A stretch of 64,000 nt of DNA from Balanoglossus misakiensis. Its lineage: Eukaryota; Animalia; Hemichordata. The stretch spans positions 9,312,894-9,376,893 of the forward strand of contig CM082589.2 in NCBI GenBank assembly GCA_040954595.2. Direction: 5' to 3'. Made by a program: the position numbers and the translations under genes. The notes under the pieces were generated by a model, which was given only the letters and a program-made list of their open reading frames with translations, did no database searches and was not told where the DNA came from. Positions 1 through 12,741 of this stretch are shown here, piece after piece; the stretch's first letter is position 1; each line of letters starts with the position of its first letter.

Positions 1-37
1 GGCGTGTATTTTGAGTTGTTGATGTAGAGTTGACCAT

Positions 38-811
38 TTACGAACTTGACTTTCTTTTTTTCGTTGTACGGAGGCTTTGCTTGACTTTATAGTCCGCTGG
101 GCACAAGTCTGGTTTGACAAAAATGTCCGTACCTCTGAAAGCCGTACGCCAGTTTCTCAGTAGTTCACTCCGCTGTAATCGAAGAGGGAGTTTAACGATG
201 ATATGCCTCGGTTTGCCAGATTTACTGCGAGTGTCTTTCACACTTGGACTGCGGTGGGCATTGTCAATCAAAATGTCCGCCATCTTGAACTTTTCTGCAG
301 CGAGTCTCTTTATGGTTTCAACGCAATTTTCATCTTCTTTTTCGGGTATGCCTCCAATACGGAGATTGTAGTTTCGGGAGTATCTTTCAAGCCTTGTCAC
401 CGAACTCTCAACTTGTTCATTTCTTTTGGTAAACTCCTCTAATTTTGTTTGAAGTTTCTGAAAGTCTGCCTTCAACTCCACGTTCTCTCCCTTCAGCGTA
501 TCTATGTCGTCATATGCATACTGCATGGCCTTTTCAAGTTCAGTGTATTTCGTTTCAACAAGTTCCATTCTTTCAGACAGCTTTCGTTGTTCAGTTATAA
601 TCGTTGAAACCCGGTCAGATATCGAGCCCACTTTCTCCTCTAAGTCCTGCAGACATTCCTTCATTAAGGCTTTCAGCGAGTCACGAGAGAAGCCACTCTC
701 ACCTTCTCGCACGCCCGGTTCTGATGTACCGCCGCCATCTTTGAAGTACGCTGCGATGTCTTGGTTGTCCGTACCGACTTGTTTGCTCTTATTTCGGGTT
801 GCGTTTGCCAT
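38..811 (-). CDS. Non-LTR retrotransposon ORF1p (L1-type coiled coil + RRM), 5' part of a LINE running off the left edge
   Basis: Long coiled coil followed by LERYSRNYNLRIGGIPEKEDE...IDNAHR...KPRHIIVKL...IFVKPDL, the typical ORF1p RRM/CTD motifs. The C-terminus looks frameshifted in an A-run. Confidence 0.8.
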   Translation of the reverse strand: MANATRNKSKQVGTDNQDIAAYFKDGGGTSEPGVREGESGFSRDSLKALMKECLQDLEEKVGSISDRVSTIITEQRKLSERMELVETKYTELEKAMQYAYDDIDTLKGENVELKADFQKLQTKLEEFTKRNEQVESSVTRLERYSRNYNLRIGGIPEKEDENCVETIKRLAAEKFKMADILIDNAHRSPSVKDTRSKSGKPRHIIVKLPLRLQRSELLRNWRTAFRGTDIFVKPDLCPADYKVKQSLRTTKKRKSSS

Positions 812-2444
812 ATCACTTCCAGGTCCGCTACAAGCGTTCTAGGTAACTTTAAATCAGTAACAGTAATGTCAAATGTTAAACCTGGTGGACTATTACCATG
901 AAATTTCGACCTGCTTTTAGTGACGGTGTGACCACACTGTTCACTCCAGCGCCATGACCTATGACCCCTGTAACATAACAGACATAGTAGTCAAAGTCCA
1001 GTATGTGTTTAAAATGATACCCTGGTCACACACAGTGACAAATATCAGCCTTTGACTATTGTGTCAAATTATCTAATCTGTGCATTGTTAATAACCCACT
1101 GTGAAGTTTAGTCCAGGTAATTCATTTTCAGTGTGGAAACATACTATGCTTTGAATACATGTTGCATATGGAGTGTTGAAGGTTATAGTTGGATGTAGTT
1201 TTCCAAGCAATTAGGACATTTTTATATATCGCTATATACTATTTCATTGGTTGATAAACATCATGATTCTTCACGTCACGATGGAAACTGAAAAAAAAAA
1301 TATTGCTTTATATTCACCAAAAACTATTTTTTTCACCATTGCTATGAAAAATAAAGCACAAAAAACGTAACACTTAACATCTTACAGTAAAGGGCATTGC
1401 CTGTCGATGTGATACACTTTATCATATAACTTCAAAACTGGTAGCTAGGGCAGTGTTTGCACAGAGGAGTCCCTTAAATGCCTTCGCTCATTCACACCTC
1501 TTCAGTGATAATGCCTGGATTATATTGACATGAAGCTGATTTTAACACCCAAACACTGAAAATATTGTAGCAATCAATAATATAACCTACACACGGTGTA
1601 AAAGTCATCGTGTTTTAAAGTTATGTTGATGCCTGATGTGCATTGTGACTCACGGGGCATGCAAGGGTAAAGCTTGTCCAAAGTTGACAAAGCAAAATAC
1701 CAGACTAAGTGCCTGTTTTAATATGTGCCTCTTTCCAAGGACCTTGGTGACGAGGCATAAATTTGGGAATGTTCACGGGACCCATTTTTTCACTGGACCC
1801 GCACATGTAATTATATAACCATGAAATTGAACTGTTCCCGGGAGCTACCGAGTGTTGCCTTGTTTCACCCGCAGGTTACTAGCTAGGGTTTTTACACTGC
1901 CGGCAGTAGTTCCAAAAACTAGCTACACTGCGTAGTGATTGGTTGACTATATATGAATATGCATGAGGTCTGGTTTATAAGGTTCTACACAGATGTAGTG
2001 CCCATGCCTTCTCACGGCGGAGCGTGACAGAGAGCATATTCCGTGTACCTCGCTCGTCATCAAGTTTTCTAGGTGGAATTCAGAATGGCAACTCCAACCA
2101 CAAAAGCAACAGTTGTAACAGCACTGCAAACACCAGTTCTCAATACTTTGGCTGTGAGTAGAATGTCTACAACCAGGACTGCGACTGCCACTACCACCAA
2201 TGCTACTGTCGCTCTTACCAGTACCTGAACAGCCTCAACGGGTACCAGCCAAGTGCAACCAGTCGATGCGGCAAGTTTCACCTTGCAGATCGAATATTAT
2301 TTGGTGCATTTTGCTGTGTTGTCTTTCCACAGCCAGCTTGTATTCTGATATTCTGCGTTCAAGACCGAAGATATAATCGGGAACTGGGACTGGAGTCATT
2401 TCGAATGAGAATGTGATGTATTTGGGTCTGACGAAAGAGAAGTG

Positions 2445-2700
2445 ATTATTGAGTCGTCCCCATGAAGAGTTATAAATATGGTTGTGGGTATGACGAATTG
2501 ACAGTTGTTAATGGCGAAGAAACTGAGTATTGAGTCGTCCCCATGGAAAGTTATGAAATACGGTTTTGGGTTGACGAATTTACCGTTGTTAATGGAGAAG
2601 AAACTTGAGTCGTCCCCATGAAAAAACTGAGACTGTAATGAATGGTAATGAAGGTAATGAGTCGTCCCCAAGTGTTTTTCTTTTCGTATTTGGGTTTGAC
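2445..2700. repeat. Imperfect ~75-80 bp tandem repeat (core GAGTCGTCCCCA x4)
   Basis: Core recurs near 2451, 2532, 2606 and 2659 with shared flanks. Confidence 0.7.
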
Positions 2701-2848
2701 GAGTCTGGAATCGGTGTACTCGTTACATAATGTGAAAAGGTAGTCGGATTGGTCATGGCAGGTTGTAACATTTGGGTTGACGAATTATCGAGCGCTAGTT
2801 GGAATGAATATGACTGCTGCAGAGGAAAATATTGCAGGCTGACTGTGA

Positions 2849-3475
2849 ATGGGTGTGGCCAGAAGTAATTGTCATGTAAATTACACGCTAAACGTGCGGC
2901 GTACCCCAGGTGCTAAGGTTTATGCTTTGATTGGTGCATTGCAGGGACCCGCACATACTCGAAGACAGGAGATGTCAAGTGGCCCTCGACTGGAATCCTA
3001 CGACAGGTTCGAAAGATATCTGACAGAGTTGCGGTTGTATGCTGAACGGGACGAAGCGGCTTTTAGTCCAGAAGAAGCTTTGGCTCGCCTGGAAATGCTC
3101 GTGGACATATCGATGGATATAGGACATAAGGACTATCATAAATACGTAGCCATGTTACGGGCTCTGCGTAAAGAGAGGCAATCACCCGCTATGCCTCAGA
3201 TGTTGCTTTCCCTACTTGGATCAGGTGAACATGCAGAGATCTTAGAGAAAATTGCAAAAGTGAAGAAAGCCGTTAGTAATACCCATTTAAATGCTGATCG
3301 CAGAGAGAATAGAGAAAGATCAAGTTTGCGATGTTGGAAGTGTAATAGAATTGGACATATAGCTAGGTTTTGTTATGGTAGACGTGATAGGTATGATCGC
3401 TACGATAGATTTGATAGATATGATGATGGGAGAAGGGAATATTACCGTTCCCGTTCAGGTAGAGATACCAAATAG
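2849..3475 (+). CDS. gag: Gag-like protein with CCHC zinc knuckle (first ATG at 2972; possibly spliced to upstream sequence)
   Basis: CWKCNRIGHIARFC fits CX2CX4HX4C; R/D/Y-rich tail; lies inside the split-repeat element. Confidence 0.7.
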   Translation: MGVARSNCHVNYTLNVRRTPGAKVYALIGALQGPAHTRRQEMSSGPRLESYDRFERYLTELRLYAERDEAAFSPEEALARLEMLVDISMDIGHKDYHKYVAMLRALRKERQSPAMPQMLLSLLGSGEHAEILEKIAKVKKAVSNTHLNADRRENRERSSLRCWKCNRIGHIARFCYGRRDRYDRYDRFDRYDDGRREYYRSRSGRDTK

Positions 3476-4556
3476 GTTATTGCTATTAGTACAGGTTTAC
3501 GGTGATTTGCCTGCCTGATGTATGGCTACATATGATATAAAGCGGACACCTTGGCTGGAATTCTATAGTGTCTATTGTATTGTAACACAGAATTGATAAT
3601 GATGATTAAAGGAAAATAAGAACGTAATGTAAAATGTTCTGTTGCTGTATGAATGGTTTGCACATGTGGGGAAATGGGGGCGTGCCTGGGGGAGGTGTAC
3701 TGTAGTCTAATTACAGTCCCTTCTGTCTCAACTAGGCGGGGGTTTCTAACCCTATGCCCGGTTTATTATGTTCCCCCCCCCCAAAAAAAAAACAACAAAA
3801 ACAAAACAAAAACAAAAACAAAAACCAATTGATTGTCGTTTTGATTACGAAAGATATTGAATTGAGGGTTTTTTTACCTTTTCAGCTCTGTGTGGTATTT
3901 GTGGATGTGCGTGATGAGTATTGGAGAGGGGTATGTTTTTGGGGTACGGTCGAGAGACCAAGAGAGGAGGCAAGGGACCCTCGACCACTAAATCAAACTA
4001 AATCAAACTAAACAACACTACGCAGTGTAGATGGGGAACTAGCTACACTGCGTAGTGATTGGTTTACTATATATGAATATGCATGAGGTCTGGTATATAA
4101 GGTTCTACCCAGATGTAGTGCCCATGCCTTCTCACGGCGGAGCATGACAGAGAGCACCCACCCACCCACCCTAAAATCGCCGACGCCTTAGGCAAGTGTT
4201 TATGTACAAGGCAGCAGTTTTAAGGATGACGAGAGAGGTACCACAAATGGCCATCGGTCACTCCTTAAGATACAGCAAGGGACCCTCGACCACTCCACAA
4301 CTAAATCAAACTAAACAACACTACTCAGTGTAGATATGGAACTGTGTACTTTTATGAATAATCAATTAGCATCAATTTATTTGTGGTAGTAAAACATAAT
4401 GGCTTGCAGCTCCCACAAAAAATACCATTACAAGTAAGATGATGCGCCAATGAACTAATTATTGATCCTCAGTTTCTGTGTGCCACCGATGATGTCACTA
4501 TTAATTCTGTGCTAGTTTGCACTCAGACTTCTTTTTCAAGGCTGATATTTCATTTT

Positions 4557-6630
4557 TAGGGGACCAAGCGCCTGAGGGCGCTTGGTCCCCTTCTGTTATT
4601 GCTGGAGTTTTTCTTCTTTCTTCTTGAGTCGTTTTTTTGCTCCCGTTTTGCTAAAAAATCCCTGGGTCTACGCCTATGAAACTTGGCACGGTGGTTGGGG
4701 CCCATGAGTACTAGTGCACCTGCCCTTTGAATTTGTAATTAGTCACGTGACTTGGTGGCTATAATCGAGCGAAATTTTCAAATTGACCTAATTTGCACGT
4801 TAATGGGGGCATGTACATTCGTTTCGCGATTTTCGTAGACCATGTGGCCAAAATCCCCTGTGCCAAATTTTAAGGTCCTAGGCCACGTCGATTTTGAGAA
4901 GAAGATTTTTGTAATATTTTTCGCATTTTTTGGTGGGCTGAGGACAAACACTGGGGCATCGGACTTTGACCGTCATTACGTAATGTTGTGGAGATCTCAT
5001 TAGCAGGAGGGTTGCAGTAGTCCTTGGAAAATCGGCTGAAATACGTAAACAGACCAGTGATTATTTTCCACAGAATGAATTTTGGGAAAATTATCGGAGT
5101 TCAGGCTGTGTAAGGGCGATTTATTGAATTACGCTGAGTTTGTTAGCTGTTGCCGTTTAAATGTGTCTCTGCAGCCCCGGCTACACTGGTTAACATTCAA
5201 TGTAATGCGGCAGCGGACTTTGACCCTCAGTCGCTAATGTTGTGGGAGGTTTCATTAGCATTTAGGTAGTCACATGTAGTGGATAGTAGTTCGGGAAATT
5301 GGCCGAAATACATAAGCAGACCAGTGATTTTCTTGCACAAAGGGAGTATGGTACCAGCAATAATCAGAGATCAGGCTTCGTTGCCGTTCAAATGTTCCTA
5401 CTTCAGTCGTGACGTTGCAACTGAACGTTCAGTATGGGGTTCGGCCCGCAGGTGGCCGTGGGGGTTATCATGTCGCCCGTAATGGCACGCAGCTTCATGC
5501 AGCTCTATGGGACCAAAATAATACGCCCGATTCGGGGGTCACCTGTGACACCTGCGTAACTCTATTACGTGCATGCGTAATTGTGGGGTCAATGAAAGGG
5601 ATGCTAGCATGGTATTTGTTGCACATGGATCAATATGAAGTCCGATTTTCCTGTCAAGTTGTGGGCGACCTTATGTGACATTTCACCTACTTTTGCTTAG
5701 TGAATAACAGCAGATGCATACAGCTTTGGCGTGGTGGGGGGGGGATATACGGATGGGACCATAATGATATACCAAAGGCGGGGTCACCCGTTGCACCTGC
5801 CGAAGTCATTGATTTTGTACATTTAATTGAACACTAACCAACAGGGCGATATGTGTGGTTTTTGTTCCACACGGACGAATGTAAGTGTCAGTTGGTTTTT
5901 GCCCAAATGTATAAGGTGATTTGGATGACCTCTGTCGTACAGTGCCATATCTCAGCACGTTGTACAGCTGCAGCTTTGGTATTTGGAGGGATGAAACTAT
6001 CATGAAATGCCAAATACCTGGGGATACCTGTGACACCTGCTTGATTCATGTATTCCGTGCATACCTAATGGTAGGCAAAGTGAAAGGGCTGCAAATGTAG
6101 GATTTGTTGCACATGACATAAACAGGAATGAAATTTTTTTGTCAAATATTTGGTTGACCTCAGGTGTCCATTGACCTGCTTTCCATATGTTAGCATGCAA
6201 ATCATATATAGCCAGGTGTTTGGAGGGGTAGGGTAGGACCTCTGCGTCATGAAATGCTAAATTCCTGGGGCCACCTGTAACTTACTTGCGTAACTCATTT
6301 TATGGTCATACCTAATTTGACCAACTCAAAGGGCGAGGATTTTCCGTTGTCTTGAATATGAACCAAATAAGAATCAAAATTTTTGGTCCAATTTTTGGGT
6401 ACCCTCAGCTGACCTTTGAAGTACTTACTGAAGTACTTACAACGTAGAAGTTCACCTTTGGTTGTTGTTTTTGTACTTGTACGACATGCATTTCAGGTGG
6501 TTGCCTACTCCCCATATCTCAACATCGAGAGCAAATACAGCCTACGCATTTGAATGGTACAACCCTGAATGGAGTCTAATGGTTATTAACTCTATGCTTG
6601 GGCCCCTTCAATGCTGCTTGCAGCTTTAAT
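4557..6630. mobile_element. Non-autonomous Helentron-type element (HINE/DINE-1-like architecture)
   Basis: T-run, then palindrome AGGGGACCAAGCGC..GCGCTTGGTCCCCT (4558-4591), then a TTC-rich tract. The far end has a subterminal IR GCTTGGGCCCCT, hairpin GCTGC-TT-GCAGC (6613-6624) and a T-run. Degenerate internal repeats contain GGGGTCACCTG. Confidence 0.75.
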
Positions 6631-7239
6631 TTTTATTATCTTTTAAGTGTATGTTTAGAAAAAACAAAAAAGAACAGTTCTTCTACTGAACGCAGTCGCC
6701 TACTGCTTGTTGATATGTGTACTGGCCCTGCAGTGCAACAACGGCATATGCTGCTGAAGAGGCAGATGTTTGACCAAATGTACCAGTGCAGTACTGAGAT
6801 TGTAGAGCTGTTCAAATACGAATTCAAAGTTTTGATTCCAATTGTTACATACACCCCCTAGACCAGTATCCAATCACTTTTATTAAAAATGATACTCACA
6901 CTTCATTGGCAACTCGAACACTACAACAACGCCATGTTTTATAGCACTGGAGGACTGACAATAGAAACAACCACAAATCCGGGTCAAGTTGGCAAAGGTC
7001 AAGGTAAACGAGAGTCCCAGACGAGTGGTGGCGCTAGACCCGTATGCGGTCACTTGGACCAGTTCTCCTGTCAGTTGCACAAACACAGTTAGAATGCATA
7101 TTCTCGTAAAGTATTTGGATCCTTATAAGTAGAAATACTTTTTTTTCATGAAGGAAATAAGTTTTTAAAGGGAAGAGAGAAATTTCATGGGCCCAGGACA
7201 GCCAAGAAATTATAACAAATAGCTCTGTTAATCACTTAA

Positions 7240-9077
7240 AGAGCATATCTTGGCTCGAAACACACCTTTGAGGATAAATAATAATTGGGCTTGTGTGTTA
7301 AATACTGTTGTTCTTTTATTTATTTCATATGGACAAATAAATGTTAAATTTAAAAATGTTCAGGGCCTGAGAAAAAAACTTCTGTTTGGGCCACGCCCAT
7401 ACCCGTGACGTCACAAGAGGAACCCATTTACGTTTGCAACAGACTTAGCACTGTACATTGCAGTGGTTGAAATGCAATCATACATGTCTGTGATCTAAAC
7501 AGCTTTGCTGTGTCAGCCTGGGTACAACTCTGTATCCCCCGTCCCCTTCAAAATAAACGTACATGTATACCTTATCATCTAGGGGAGATGCGATTATGAA
7601 AAAAAACTACTCGGCCCGGCTAGGCTACGGCTACACATTGCAAGCAGTACACAACATGCAATGGCAGCGGATGTGTATAGGCGCCCTACACATACAATGA
7701 TTGCTGCCTCGATTAAACCGTGGAATATTGCCCAGAGGTTTAGGTCTAGAGTGCTGGGTCTAAATCTACTTATCTTGGACAATGTCAACTTATTGATAAC
7801 TGATCGTGGTCTTTTGGCGATTTTCGATCACTGCCTCAACAGACAAAATACGCTCGTGTTATTACAAGGGAACTCCATCAGCGCCGATGCGTGTACACGC
7901 AGTCAGCAGCGATGACACATATCGCGCCGCGATGTATATGTACCATGCCAGCACTAAAATTCTGTCTTCTGAATTACATGTAAGCTATATGCCTTTTTGG
8001 TGATGACAAACAGAAACATTTATGACTTGTCGCTGTAATCATGAAAGTTCCTTCACATGCTTCATACTGCATTATAACAAAATGAAACCATACAACCAAC
8101 AGCAACAGGCGATCGTGCCGGGGCGACCCACTCACGCTCACAAAGCATGAAACATTTTCATTGATACACACGAATATCCAAGTTTGGAAACGGTTTTCAC
8201 TCACACGAAGCAAAATTTATTCAACACACTTTGTTTCAAAATTTGTACAGTGTGTTTTGGAGCCGATGAGTCGGACATAGTGCGACGTAAAACTTGTAAA
8301 CAAAGAAATTAGAAAAGAAAGATGGCGACCATTCAGCCGAAGCCATACAAAGGTATGACTGAAAGAAATGTGAAATAGTAACAGTAATATTTTGAACTTT
8401 CAAGTTTTTACATTGATTGCTGTCAACCTTAATTATCGAAGTTTGCGGTCCCTGGGTACCGGGTAGCCAGACAAAAGAGTGAATAATTATAAGCAATCTC
8501 GACATGATGTCGGCCAGCGCAAAATTGTGTTTACGCATCCTGCCAGTTCACCTACAACTGTGTAATCGCGGTCGCTGGAACACTGAATGAACACCAATAT
8601 CGGGTATAAACGATCAGTTGTGCTCTGAATTGAATATTGATCACTGGTCAACCTCTCCTACTGACAGGCTTCTATTTTCCTGTAAGGGTGCTGATTGTCT
8701 TCTTGTGATTCGAACCTGGCCGATTATCATTCAACGGTCATGCATTGACAGTTACCGCCACGGCCGTCACCGGCACCGCGCCGACTTCATATACACCGTA
8801 CGATGTTGATGATCGTGGCATAGACTTTCATTCATTTTTGTGGAACTCACACGGGTGACTCCCGTCTAGGTAATGTGTTGCTGCAACCACGGCAAACAAC
8901 TCCCTTTCCCATTGTGGTATTACAGAGAAAAGCACGAAAACAACGCATCACACCTGTGAGCATCGCTAAAGCTGATCTACCTGAGGGGAACCTCCTGTGA
9001 CGTCACGTCACGTGACCAAAATGCAGCAAATCTGAACTCGGACTTCTGATATGATTTAAAAAGGCAATATATGCTCT
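7240..9077. mobile_element. Kolobok-like non-autonomous DNA transposon
   Basis: TIRs AGAGCATATCTTGGCT / AGGCAATATATGCTCT, flanked by TTAA and TTGA. Inverted subterminal GTGACGTCAC motifs near 7404 and 8997. Possible THAP-start remnant (MGKGVVCRGCSN) on - near 8880-8910. Confidence 0.6.
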
Positions 9078-9254
9078 TTGAAGGGACAGTAATGCCTAAC
9101 CAGACCAACCTAAGTTGACCCCTCACCCCATTTTCCCCTTTGAAATCAAATCCCTAAAGATTGGTAACACCTTCAATATCATGTAAATTTTTGAAATTTT
9201 CTCATTTTCCCCACGTTTTTGGTGTAAAAAATGACAAAAAAGTTTTTGCTTAGC

Positions 9255-11390
9255 CTAAATACATGATACATGCATCTACCAGTCGCAGCCCCCAGCACTT
9301 TTCTCGAACTGTAGCCATAACATGCATTCATCATCACCAAAGGGCACATGGCACACTTTACAACAGTCACGTTATTTGTTGTCATGGAAGTCAAGACGGC
9401 GCCTCTTCCTTGTGTTTGTTGCTGATGGCATACGTGCAGTTGCCCACTTCATCACCTCTTTTTCTTTCTTCTTCCTTTCTCTCTCTCTCTCTCTCTCCTT
9501 TTTATTCTCTCTCGAGTCTTTTCTTAGCTACGGTTTCTTCTCGCTGCTTCTTTTGCTTGCTTTTTTGCCGCAACCGGTCTTGCCTTTCTTTGATTTGACG
9601 AAGATGTTTTAGATGTTCTTCCTGGTAGACCTTTTTGGCACTCGGATCATTTAAGAAGTTTGGAAGATGCTGAAGAACACTTTTTGCTCCAGGCTTTTTC
9701 TTTCTCTTCCCAATTTCCGGATAAGAGAGCACTTAATCTAGGACTGGAGATACTTTATTACATGGTGGTGTTGTGCCTGTAATTTTCCTGTAACTTGAGG
9801 TGACTGGTGTACTTGTACAGTCAGATGATGGGGCTGCTTTGCTTGCAACTGATTGGTTTGATGTGACACTGGTGTTGCTTGTGGCAGAGGAATCTATTGC
9901 TGTGTTGGACTCTGCAGACACACCTTTGTCGTTATCAGATGAGTGTGAAGACGTAGCAGCTCCACTTTCAATACTATGGGCTTGATTCGGAATGATGGAC
10001 TGCCAGGCAAGTCGTAGCCCTCTTCAATTCGTTTTCGGTACTTTTCCTTCTCAGGTGTAGTCATTACCTCTTCAACCATTTCCAAGAGACTGTTGATGGT
10101 GTACTGTTGATGGTGTTCTTCACTGCTGCCCGTGTCTCCATCTGGCTTTCCTCAACATCTTTATCGGCCGTGCAATCTTGAAAAGTAGTTGAAGGGAGCA
10201 GCATATCACTTGGAATGTTTGAGCTATTGATTGGATATATTCCTGATCTCAGAAAACTGTTGGTTATATTCATCACGTTGCACCACGTTGCCATGCAGAT
10301 CTGAACACCCTGGCAAAAGTCTTTTGGGTGACCTCTTCGCCAGGACTTTCCGCCATGAATTCCCTGACTGTGGTGACCCATGCAGCTTTCAAGGGACCAA
10401 AGAGAGGGACATCACACAGTTGCAGGAAATGTGATGCGTTCGGCAAAAGTCGGTATAGCAAGATGTTGTGCTCTTTTGCAAGCTTGAATATTTCGAAATC
10501 CAAATGAGAGATGTGGCTGTCAAAATATAGCACTACAGGTCTTATTGCCGTTAAGTTTGGAATAAATTGGTTTGCAAGCCATGCATAACACGTCTCAGTT
10601 TCCATCCAGCCAGTTTCTGTGAAATAGCAGCTGGCTCCTTCAATTCCTCCCGACAATGGATTCCATGATCGTGGAACGGTCTTCAATGGGAACAAGTGGT
10701 AAGGTGGAATTGACCCACCAACAGCGTTGATACAGGCCAAGACAGTTATTTGAGTCTTGCTGTTTGCTGTTATTTGGGGAAGGGCACCACTTCTGTTTCT
10801 TGCTGGTCCAAGCACTTTCCCAGTCTTTACTTGCATACAGAAACCAGATTCATTCCAATTCCAGATCTGAGCTGGCTTGTTGAGCAAATCATGATCCGAA
10901 ATAAACTTCTCATACTCTCCAAAACACTCAGCCACCTCCCTCTGGGTCACCTTGGCACGTTTCAAATCCAGGTTTCTGGTACTTACAAGTTTCATCAATG
11001 GATTCCTCTTCAGGAAGGACCTGTACCATCGATCACCGGGAAAATTTGGAGGTTCTTTATTTTTCAAAATGGTGTCTCTTTTGTCCTTGTCCAGAATAGC
11101 TTTCACAGTCTGGAATAATCTATTTTTACTGACACCAAATCCTCCTTGACCCATACTGATGATCCATTCTGCTAGTTTCTTTACTCTGCCGTTGTAAGTA
11201 TTTGTGGTGGCCCTTTACGTCTATCAATGTAAACTTTTCCAGTGACTCTGTCACTCAGTATTGACCGCTTTACTCCCCACTTTGCAGCTGCTTTTCTCAG
11301 TGACATGTTGTACTCAACAATATCTGTCACAGCTCCCGCAAACACCTTTTCTCTTTTCATGACTTCACTAAACAAACAAAAACCATACAT
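9255..11390 (-). pseudogene. Decayed pogo/Tigger (CENP-B-like, DDE_1) transposase with N-terminal Psq-type HTH and C-terminal PHD remnant
   Basis: SLRKAAAKWGVKRSILSDR (HTH); IWNWNESG, ITVLACINAVG, TGWM, VLYFDSHISH, LLPNASHFLQLCDV (DDE_1 motifs, first Asp lost); SFLRSGIYP in a shifted frame; K/E-rich tail; CKVC...CWGCDW*MHVSC. Multiple stops and frameshifts. Confidence 0.85.
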
Positions 11391-11460
11391 GAAAAATTAC
11401 ATTTCTGCTAATAAATAACTTCACATTACTCTACACTATATTTTCATAATTACTTGATTT

Positions 11461-12741
11461 TTAGGTCCCATTGGTATAGGCCTATATACCATGGGACCTT
11501 ATGGGATGGGTTGCGTCTGTATGTATGTATGGATGGATGGATGTATGTATGGATGTATGGATGTATGTCTGTATGTCCGTCCACATCAAAAACTTGAAAA
11601 CCGCTACGCGTATCACCTCAATATTTGGTGTGTAGGTGCAGGCAGGGCTGTAGATGGGAGTTTGTCCAAACGAAGTTGCCAGGCCCAAAAATATGCAAAT
11701 TAGCCTGTAAAATGTGAAATTGATCAAAACTCTGTAAGTCAATAATTACTGGTCAGATTTCTTTGAAAATTGGTATGCATGTACCTTATGTCAACCTCAC
11801 ACCGACCTGTAAGTGTTCAGGTGATATCATGGATGTTTTATTTTTTATGATTTTTTTAGTCTTTTTATTAAATTTATACCTTTGCTTATACCTCTATGGT
11901 TAAGCTATGTCCACGTCTTACTGTGGAATTCTGGTCTGTGCAATAGTCCTGTACAGTGACTGTCTATTGGTCAGTGAGCACAATGGGGCCAAAATAAAAG
12001 GCAAATTTTTGGGCTCACCTGTAACACCTGCTTAACACATTAATTATGTGCATACCTAATTCCGGGCTAACTAATAGGGCTAGAGGTTTCGTTCTTGTGG
12101 GACATGGACCAGTATGAGGTCAAAATTTCTTGCCCAAATTTTGGGTGACCTCAGGTGACCTTTGACCTACTTTCCTATATCTTGGCATCCAGAGCAGGTA
12201 CAGACTTGGCGTTTGGAGGGTTGGGACTAAAATTGAAAAGCCAAAATTGGGGGCCACCTGTGACACCTGCATATCTCATTAATTATGTGCATACCTAATT
12301 CCAGGCTAACCAATAAGGCTATAGGTTTGGTTTTTATTGAACATGGACCAGTATAAGGTCAAAATTTCTTGCCCAAATTTTGCATGACCTCAGGTGACCT
12401 TTGACCTACTTTATCATATCTTGGCATCCAGAGCAGGTACAGACTTTGGGTTTGGAGGGTTGGGACTAAAATTGAAAAGCAACAATTGGGGGTCACCTGT
12501 GACACCTGCGTATCTCATTAATTATGTGCATACCTAATTCCAGGCTAACCAATAGAGCTATAGGTTTGGTTTTTGTTGAACATGGACCAGTATAGGGTCC
12601 AAATTTCTTGCCCAAATTTTGCATGACCTCAGGTGACCTTTGACCTACTTTTCCATATCTTGGCATCCAGAGCAGATATGCTTATTGCTATGTTGCTATG
12701 TGCTATGTCCTCAAATGGGACCACAGTGTCCTTGACGCTAT
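11461..12741. mobile_element. Non-autonomous Helentron-type element (HINE), second family
   Basis: T-run, then palindrome GGTCCCATTGGTATA..TATACCATGGGACC, then an ATGT/ATGG microsatellite. The far end has subTIR ATGGGACC, hairpin AGTGTC-CTT-GACGCT and a T-run. Confidence 0.75.
12005..12678. repeat. ~239-bp tandem repeat, ~2.8 copies, inside the HINE
   Basis: CACCTGT(A/G)ACACCTG recurs at ~12017, 12255 and 12494. Confidence 0.85.

Larger units (their letters stand above)
1917..4343 (+). mobile_element. Non-autonomous Ngaro/PAT-like tyrosine-recombinase retrotransposon with split direct repeats (A1...B1-A2...B2)
   Basis: A1 1917-2036 matches A2 4037-4156, and B1 3970-4040 matches B2 4275-4343. 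AACT occurs at both termini and at the B1/A2 junction. Contains a CCHC gag ORF. Confidence 0.8.

Noticed and set aside
9080-11460. TIRs for the pogo-like element
   Set aside because: No matching pair could be identified; the ends are probably disrupted by neighbouring insertions.
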